64,000 nucleotides of DNA. It comes from an uncultured delta proteobacterium (GTDB taxonomy: Bacteria; Myxococcota_A; Polyangia; Polyangiales; Houyiibacteriaceae). Below, piece after piece: positions 58,216 through 64,000 of this stretch. The stretch's first letter is position 1. The number at the start of each line of letters is the position of its first letter. The notes under the pieces were generated by a model. That model searched no databases. It was not told the origin of the DNA and worked only from the letters and a program-made list of their open reading frames with translations. The stretch is taken from assembly GCA_963699755.1 (NCBI GenBank), contig CAVOVB010000001.1:992001-1056000 (forward strand). Reading direction: 5' to 3'. The translations under genes and the position numbers were made by a program.

Positions 58216-59201
58216 CGATGCACCTCGATACCGGGGCCTGGCTTGGCGACCCAGGTTCGTGTCACGCCCTGAGTTCGGTCGAGCGCCTGACGAACCCGGC
58301 TTGCGTCACTGGCTCCACAAAGCGCCTTCACATGCGGCCCAGCATCCATGGTTGCCCAGACGGAAACCCCGCGTTCTCGAAGTGCGCGCACCGTGGCAAG
58401 CGCAGCTAGTGTCGCTGGCGCCCAGTAGAAGATCGGCGGGTCGGAGGTGATCGCACAGCAGTGAAACGCCAGCGTGCTTCGCTCCATGGCAGCGCCGAGC
58501 GTGTCGAGCTCGCGCTCTTTGATCGCACGTTTGATCGTTCGCGACCATCTGGGGGCCTGATCGAGCCAGGCCTGGTAGTAGGGGGAAGTTTTGCGCGAGC
58601 GTTCCATCCCCTCGGTCGAACCCACCTTCTTTTTGCCAGGCTCGGTCAGCCCAACGACCAACCTGAGGTTCCAGTGCACCGGAGGCGCGATTTGCCTGGC
58701 GGCCAGGTCGACATCGCCATGTCCGCCCGCGGGGAGCTCGACGAAACCTCCATAGATGGAACGCGCGGCAGAGGCGCTCGATGCACGGGCCAAGGCGCTG
58801 AGTTGGCGTGCGTTGAAGGGAATTCCGGCGGCTGCCGACGCAGCGCCCGCAAGCGCCGCGAAGCCGGACGCACTCGATGCAAGCCCTGCGGCAGTTGGAA
58901 AGTGGTTGTGGCTGCTAACGTGCGCCTTCACCGGTAGTCGGGCCTCCCGCCGGACGCGGTTGAGCATGATGGTGACCCGCTCGGCCTCAGCCTCGGTCGC
59001 GCGCCTTCCGTCGAGTCTGACGAGGTCGCTAGAGAGAGAGCGATCGAAGCGGACCCGGGTCTCGGTCACGAGCTGGTCCAGCGTCATCGAGATGCTCGGC
59101 ACGGCCGGAACGTTTCGCCGCACGTCAGCCTTCCCCCAGTACTTGGCGAGCGCGATGTTCGCGCAGGCTCGGGCCCTTGCTTCCATAGGGCGCCCGCTCA
59201 T
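58212..59201 (-). CDS. mvaD: Diphosphomevalonate decarboxylase
   Basis: [41 protein letters not shown]. Confidence 0.95.
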   Translation of the reverse strand: MSGRPMEARARACANIALAKYWGKADVRRNVPAVPSISMTLDQLVTETRVRFDRSLSSDLVRLDGRRATEAEAERVTIMLNRVRREARLPVKAHVSSHNHFPTAAGLASSASGFAALAGAASAAAGIPFNARQLSALARASSASAARSIYGGFVELPAGGHGDVDLAARQIAPPVHWNLRLVVGLTEPGKKKVGSTEGMERSRKTSPYYQAWLDQAPRWSRTIKRAIKERELDTLGAAMERSTLAFHCCAITSDPPIFYWAPATLAALATVRALRERGVSVWATMDAGPHVKALCGASDASRVRQALDRTQGVTRTWVAKPGPGIEVHR

Positions 59202-60097
59202 GCGCTCACCTCGGCCACGAAGGCATCCTCTCCAAGCACCGCGCCCAAGCGAAGGGCTTCGTCATGCTTCGCCGCCAGCGCGAACATGCAGCCTCCGCCG
59301 CCGGCGCCTGTCATTTTGGCGCCCAATGCTCCGGCGCTTCTCGCGGCCTGACACATCTCTTCGAGCTTGCCGGTGCTGAGCATCAGCGAGCTGAGGATGG
59401 TTTGATTCAAGTCGAGCAATTGCCCAAGCGCGACGTGGTCGCCGGCTTCGATGGCCAGCTTCGCGTTGCGCACCAACACCTCGATGGCTTCGAAGGCCTC
59501 GTTCACGCGTCTGGGCTCGTTCTCGAGTTGGCGTGCGACCGAGGCGACCATCTCCTTGGTGCTAGACGACTCGCCGCTGTAGCCGACCACCAGGTACAGC
59601 GGCTTGTTCGAACGCAACGGCTTGAGCGGATCGCCTCTGCGGTAGAGGGCCACGCCCCCAACTGCCGACATGGCATTGTCTATCCCTGAGGGGTTTCCGT
59701 GGAAGACTTTCTCCCAGGAAAGCGCTGACTCTGCTAGGTCCGTCCGAGTGCGTTTGATACCCAGGGCCTTATCGATCGCGTCGAGCACGGCCACGCCGAT
59801 CGCAGCGGAGCAGCCAAGCCCCGCCCCCGCTGGCAGGTCGACGGCAGCGCTCACCTCGAGCCCTGGACGGTTCGGATAGAGCGAGAGCGCCGCGGCAAAC
59901 GCGCGTTCGAGCGGTTGGCTCCCGCGAGGATCGGGCCTGATCGCCAAGTCCCAGGGTGTGAGGCGCAAGAGATCGCGCTCGGCGGTCTTGGCTTTTGCGG
60001 TAACGCCGCGCTCGATGCCGACGGCGATCGCTGGGTAGCCATGGACGACCGCATGCTCGCCGAGAAGAATGATCTTTCCTCTCCCGAAGCCCATCAA
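59198..60097 (-). CDS. mvk: Mevalonate kinase
   Basis: GKIILLGEHAVVHG, PAGAGLGCSAA, HGNPSGID, GAKMTGAGGGG. Confidence 0.93.
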   Translation of the reverse strand: MMGFGRGKIILLGEHAVVHGYPAIAVGIERGVTAKAKTAERDLLRLTPWDLAIRPDPRGSQPLERAFAAALSLYPNRPGLEVSAAVDLPAGAGLGCSAAIGVAVLDAIDKALGIKRTRTDLAESALSWEKVFHGNPSGIDNAMSAVGGVALYRRGDPLKPLRSNKPLYLVVGYSGESSSTKEMVASVARQLENEPRRVNEAFEAIEVLVRNAKLAIEAGDHVALGQLLDLNQTILSSLMLSTGKLEEMCQAARSAGALGAKMTGAGGGGCMFALAAKHDEALRLGAVLGEDAFVAEVSA

Positions 60098-61116
60098 TCT
60101 CCCCGGTCCGTGAGCTGCCTCGTGACCTCTCCGAGCATCTCTTTGGCGTCGTCGTCGAACGGGCTTGCGGCTAGTGCGCTTCGGGCTTCATCGGCCAAGA
60201 ACCCAAGCCGTGCTTCGACTTCGGCTCTTGCGCCGTCGAGCACTTCGGCAGCGCTCCGAATCTCGTCATCGCTCGCGTCCGGGTGCCCCCAGACGGCATC
60301 GAGCACGGCGCGCTCCGCGTCGCTCGGTCCTAGCGCTCGAAACGCCGCCACCACCGCGTTGTGCTTGCCGTGCCGGAGATCATCACCGGGCTTTCCGGTT
60401 TCCTGCACGCTTCCGAAGGTGCCGAGCAGATCGTCCCGAAGTTGGAACGCTACGCCAAGCGGCGCGGACCATGCGCGAAGGGCAGCCATGCCCGCTTCGT
60501 CCGCATCGGCGAGGATGCCCCCGAGCTCGGCCGGCCCGCGTGTCGTGTAGCTTCCGGTCTTCAGCTCGTGCATGCGCTCGACGTTCCCGTCGGTCATGAG
60601 GTCGAGCTGCTGCCCAGCGAAGACTTCCTTCTGGATCTTCACGAAGAGCGCCAAGCCTTCGTCCCGACGCCCCTGCGGAAAGCTGGCCTTGAGGAAGAGC
60701 TCCCATCCGAAGGTCGAAGCCAGATCCCCCGCGAGGATACCCAGGCTCGCCCCAAGGTGCTCGTGACCATGTCTCCGCTGAAATGCATAGTGGACCGCAA
60801 GCCCGCCACGGCGTTCACAGTCCTCGTCCATCCAATCATCGTGAATCAGCAGATAGGTCTGCAGCAGCTCTAGCGCCGCCCCCACCTCGAATGTCGCGCC
60901 GAGGTCACTCGATCCGCTCGCAGCCCGGTAGGCCGCGGCCGTTACGATCGGGCGAAGCCGCTTTCCGCCACGCATCGTGAGGTCTCTAACCTCGGCGACG
61001 AGCTCGATCGCCAAGGGCGAAAGCGCCGATGCTTCCTCGCACTTCTGGTCGAAAAAGCGTTCAAGGACGGCGTCGATGCGCTGTCGGATGCCCGCCATCC
61101 AAGACTCCAGATCCAT
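60094..61116 (-). CDS. Trans-polyprenyl diphosphate synthase (GGPP/FPP synthase family)
   Basis: GGKRLRP, FARM HDDWMD..RRG, GQQLD, KTGSYT, FQLRDDLLG; start uncertain. Confidence 0.92.
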   Translation of the reverse strand: MDLESWMAGIRQRIDAVLERFFDQKCEEASALSPLAIELVAEVRDLTMRGGKRLRPIVTAAAYRAASGSSDLGATFEVGAALELLQTYLLIHDDWMDEDCERRGGLAVHYAFQRRHGHEHLGASLGILAGDLASTFGWELFLKASFPQGRRDEGLALFVKIQKEVFAGQQLDLMTDGNVERMHELKTGSYTTRGPAELGGILADADEAGMAALRAWSAPLGVAFQLRDDLLGTFGSVQETGKPGDDLRHGKHNAVVAAFRALGPSDAERAVLDAVWGHPDASDDEIRSAAEVLDGARAEVEARLGFLADEARSALAASPFDDDAKEMLGEVTRQLTDRGD

Positions 61117-61192
61117 TTGCCCTTGCGCCACGGTGTCAGTGTCCCTATCCCGAGCTACGTACACGGCGGGACGCTCCCTAGCAAGCAATGCG

Positions 61193-62233
61193 ATGAGCAC
61201 AGACATCGAGCAGAGAAAGGCGGATCATCTCGATCTGTGCGCGACCGATGAGGTCGCGTTCCGGCAGCGTACGACTCTCCTCGAATGCGTACGGCTCGTG
61301 CACCAGTCGCTGCCGGAAGCAAGCTTCGATTCGATCGACACGCGCGTTCGCTTGCTTGGCAAAGAGCTTCGTGCCCCGCTCCTAATCGCGGCGATGACGG
61401 GCGGCCACGCGCGTGCCGCCGAGATCAACCAGGCGCTCGCCGCGATCGCCAACGAGCAGGGCTATGCGTTTGGCTTGGGCAGCCAGCGCGCGATGCAGAA
61501 GCGGCCGGAGACTAGCTGGACCTACCAGGTGCGCTCGCGCGCGCCTGACACTCTCATTCTCGGCAATGTCGGGGTAGTTCAGGCGCGCGACCTGCCAACC
61601 GAGACAATCGCCGAAATGCTGGCTGAGGTCGGCGCCGATGCGCTCTGTGTTCACATGAACCCGGCCATGGAGCTGGTTCAGCCCGGTGGCGATCGTGACT
61701 TCAGCAGAGGCCTCGAGACCTTCCAACGCCTCTGGGCGGAGCTCGGCATGCCCATCATTGCGAAAGAAACGGGCAGCGGACTCAGTCGCGAAGTCGCGAC
61801 CCGTTTGCGCGCCGTCGGCATTCGGTACGCGGATACTTCCGGAGCAGGTGGCACCTCTTGGGTTGGGGTCGAAACCTTGCGTGCCGAGGGGGACGGCCAG
61901 GCGCTGGGCGAAGCGCTCTGGGATTGGGGGATTCCGACTGCCGCATCGGTCCGGTACTGCGTCGAGGCGGGGATGACCACGATCGCAACTGGCGGGATCC
62001 GATCTGGCATGGACGTCGCCCGCGCGATCGCGCTTGGTGCGAGTTGCGCGGGCATCGCGCGAAATGTCTATCAGGCCTTCCTTGAAGGCGGCGCCGACGG
62101 CGCCCGAACGTTCTTGCGGCGTGTGGAGCTCGAGCTTCGTTCCGTCATGCTGCTCTGCGGCGCAAAGACGATCGGAGAGCTACAAGAGGCTCCGCGAGTC
62201 GTGACCGGCGAGCTCTGCGATTGGATCCGCTAG
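61193..62233 (+). CDS. fni: Type 2 (FMN-dependent) isopentenyl-diphosphate isomerase
   Basis: RKADHL, AMTGG, GSQR, HMN..ME, KETG, GAGGTSW, WGIPT, GGIRSG. Confidence 0.95.
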   Translation: MSTDIEQRKADHLDLCATDEVAFRQRTTLLECVRLVHQSLPEASFDSIDTRVRLLGKELRAPLLIAAMTGGHARAAEINQALAAIANEQGYAFGLGSQRAMQKRPETSWTYQVRSRAPDTLILGNVGVVQARDLPTETIAEMLAEVGADALCVHMNPAMELVQPGGDRDFSRGLETFQRLWAELGMPIIAKETGSGLSREVATRLRAVGIRYADTSGAGGTSWVGVETLRAEGDGQALGEALWDWGIPTAASVRYCVEAGMTTIATGGIRSGMDVARAIALGASCAGIARNVYQAFLEGGADGARTFLRRVELELRSVMLLCGAKTIGELQEAPRVVTGELCDWIR

Positions 62234-62259
62234 TTTGTACCCGGCTGCTTGGCCTTGGG

Positions 62260-63246
62260 TCAGCTCTCGGTCAGGACCGAGCCCGGGACGGTTTCGCGCT
62301 CTTCGGGCACTGGCTCGTAGCGCAGCAAGTCCTCGACGCGTTCGAGCAGCTCACCTTCGAAGCGCAGCGAAAAGCGAGGTTCGAGCAGCTTCATTCGAAC
62401 ACGCCAAACGACAGGGTCGGCAGGGTCGCGCAAGACGACCGGCGTGGCTCCGGCGAGCACCCAGGGCGAGCTGAGCATCGCGTCTGTGAGTGCCAAGCGC
62501 ACCTTCCCCGCGTCCTCGTACCCTTCGAGGCGTACCACCACTTCGTGCTCCGCATCCGAGCCGGCGTCGTACACCATGGGCGCACCGACCATCGCGCGGT
62601 TGGGCACTGTCAAGCGGTGCCCCTGCCCGTCACGGAGCCAGGTCGCACGGAGCGAACGACCTTCCACAGTCCCCTGAAAGCCGTCGCCCGAAACCCACAT
62701 CCCCTTCTTCACACGGCGCTCGGCGGCCAGGATTAGGCCGGACACCAGGTCGGCGAACAGATCTCGAATCGACCAACCGATGACCAGCGCAAGGACGGCC
62801 AAGGCCCATAGGATCCAGTTCTCGCCAGTTGGGACGAGGTAATGAACGATCGCGAGAAGCAGAGAGAAAGCCGCGAGGCGAAGCGCGAAGACCAGCGCGC
62901 CGAGCATACGCCTAAGAGGAATGCTCTTCGTGGTCCAGCCGCGAGTGCGCTCGGCGATGAGCAGCACCACGCCGACGGCGAGCAACCACAGGAAGAGGAT
63001 CATGAGCGGGTTGCGTTCCTGTGCTCGTGTCGACTCTTCGCTCCGAGCGTCTGCGGCCTGCTCCCTCGCAATCGAGGTCGGAGGCTCCTTTGAGCTGGGT
63101 TCGGCTAGCTTCTCTGCCGGCTCGGCCGGAGCTTCCGACTGTGCTTGGGGCTCCTCCGTCAGGCCCTGAGCTTGCGCGGTCCCTGGCGCCGCAACGAGCG
63201 CGACCAGTAGAAGTGATACGAAGAGTCGTTGAAGCTTCGATGTCAC
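62260..63246 (-). CDS. MscS-family mechanosensitive channel protein
   Basis: Signal-like N-terminus, three TM helices, RDLFADLVSG, GTV..SLRAT..DG..VPN; GTGA overlap with upstream gene. Confidence 0.8.
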   Translation of the reverse strand: MTSKLQRLFVSLLLVALVAAPGTAQAQGLTEEPQAQSEAPAEPAEKLAEPSSKEPPTSIAREQAADARSEESTRAQERNPLMILFLWLLAVGVVLLIAERTRGWTTKSIPLRRMLGALVFALRLAAFSLLLAIVHYLVPTGENWILWALAVLALVIGWSIRDLFADLVSGLILAAERRVKKGMWVSGDGFQGTVEGRSLRATWLRDGQGHRLTVPNRAMVGAPMVYDAGSDAEHEVVVRLEGYEDAGKVRLALTDAMLSSPWVLAGATPVVLRDPADPVVWRVRMKLLEPRFSLRFEGELLERVEDLLRYEPVPEERETVPGSVLTES

Positions 63247-63998
63247 AGCACCCAACCCCGCTCTGCAAAGACGCGACCCAACACCCCTCGTAGATGCACC
63301 GCGATCACGAACGCACCCTCTCGCTCGTCGAGCAAGCCTAGGTGGGCCAAGCGACTGAGCTGCGCCTGTGCCGTGTTGACGTCGAGCCTGAAGAGCCTTC
63401 CTTGGCCGGCCGCGTCCATCCAGCCTTGGCGGGCGATTTGGTAGAGGTTGACCAAGACGTCGTCCGGGAGCCGTCTCACCCGAGTGTACAAGGACGCGGG
63501 GATCGGTCCGACATGGACGATGTCGTCCTGTATTCCTCGAATCGAAGCCAACCACAGCCGAAGCGCATCGCGGACGAGGCCGCCGGTCGCCTCGTGCAAC
63601 TCATGGAAGTACTGGTCGTAGGGCCTTCGAATCCTGGTGGCGCTCCTGGCGAACAGGCCCTCGATCCGCGAGCCTTCTCCCCGGTCGAAGGAGTGCTCGA
63701 AACCGCTCAAGCGATGCCTGGCGATGACTGCGGCCTGCAACTCCTCTTCACTCAGGGGATCGAGTCGAACCACCTCGGGGAACGCGTCCCGCAGAGGCGC
63801 AACGGTGGAGGCAAAGTTCCAGAAGAGCACCGCGCCATGCGCCAGCCAACGTCGCCGTCCGCCCTCTTCGATGATTCCCTTCACGAAGCGTCGCAGTGGG
63901 CCGAAGCCACCGGGAGCCATCGACAGCATCCAGTGGAGGCCGTCGACGACGACCAACTGGCCTTCCGGCGCATCTTGAAAAATCGCGTCGACATCTTC
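63243..63998 (-). CDS. Hypothetical P-loop/AAA-like protein, C-terminal part (5' end outside window)
   Basis: Frame open to window end; Walker B-like LVVVDG, LDPLSEEEL, TGGLVRDALRLW, winged-helix-like C-terminus. Confidence 0.55.
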   Translation of the reverse strand, partial: EDVDAIFQDAPEGQLVVVDGLHWMLSMAPGGFGPLRRFVKGIIEEGGRRRWLAHGAVLFWNFASTVAPLRDAFPEVVRLDPLSEEELQAAVIARHRLSGFEHSFDRGEGSRIEGLFARSATRIRRPYDQYFHELHEATGGLVRDALRLWLASIRGIQDDIVHVGPIPASLYTRVRRLPDDVLVNLYQIARQGWMDAAGQGRLFRLDVNTAQAQLSRLAHLGLLDEREGAFVIAVHLRGVLGRVFAERGWVL

Positions 63999-64000
63999 GA

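Overview
High-GC, gene-dense bacterial chromosomal segment. It is most likely from Myxococcota/Polyangia, inferred from the DUF1592-DUF1552 pair, DUF4388 protein, Cys-rich lipoprotein, mevalonate pathway and Myxococcus-type LexA box. Left to right: RluA fragment, uvrB, tandem GST-N protein, serC, tRNA-Ala(CGC), bioFD, a DnaJ/CbpA-type chaperone and uppS-cdsA. Next is a complete ~13 kb membrane-bound group 1 [NiFe]-hydrogenase locus (small, large, cyt b, protease, cyt c, hypF-C-D-E, an enoyl-CoA hydratase-fold gene, hypA-B, Ni transporter, SPFH). Then come glutamate dehydrogenase, a DUF4388/Omp85/DUF4390/histidine kinase/TlpA cluster, a degenerate Fic gene, a secreted Fam20-like kinase with aguA-aguB-thiE, DUF1592/DUF1552 and an AlaDH/OCD. 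The right part holds the imuA-imuB-dnaE2 cassette, a nucleotide transporter-HEAT protein, fpg, dppBC, Slt, PP2C, ggt/gshB, the lower mevalonate cluster, fni and MscS. No transposase, integrase, prophage or CRISPR array was recognised. Best candidate for an undescribed system: the stand-alone crotonase gene between hypE and hypA, which carries the Tyr..GLxGxE signature of the HypX decarbonylase domain but has no formyltransferase domain, suggesting a 'mini/split HypX' route to the CO ligand. Other highlights are the exported Fam20/Four-jointed-like kinase, three parS-like palindromes, and an Asn replacing a proximal Fe-S cluster Cys. All family calls come from motif recognition by eye and recalled consensus sequences; no database searches were run.
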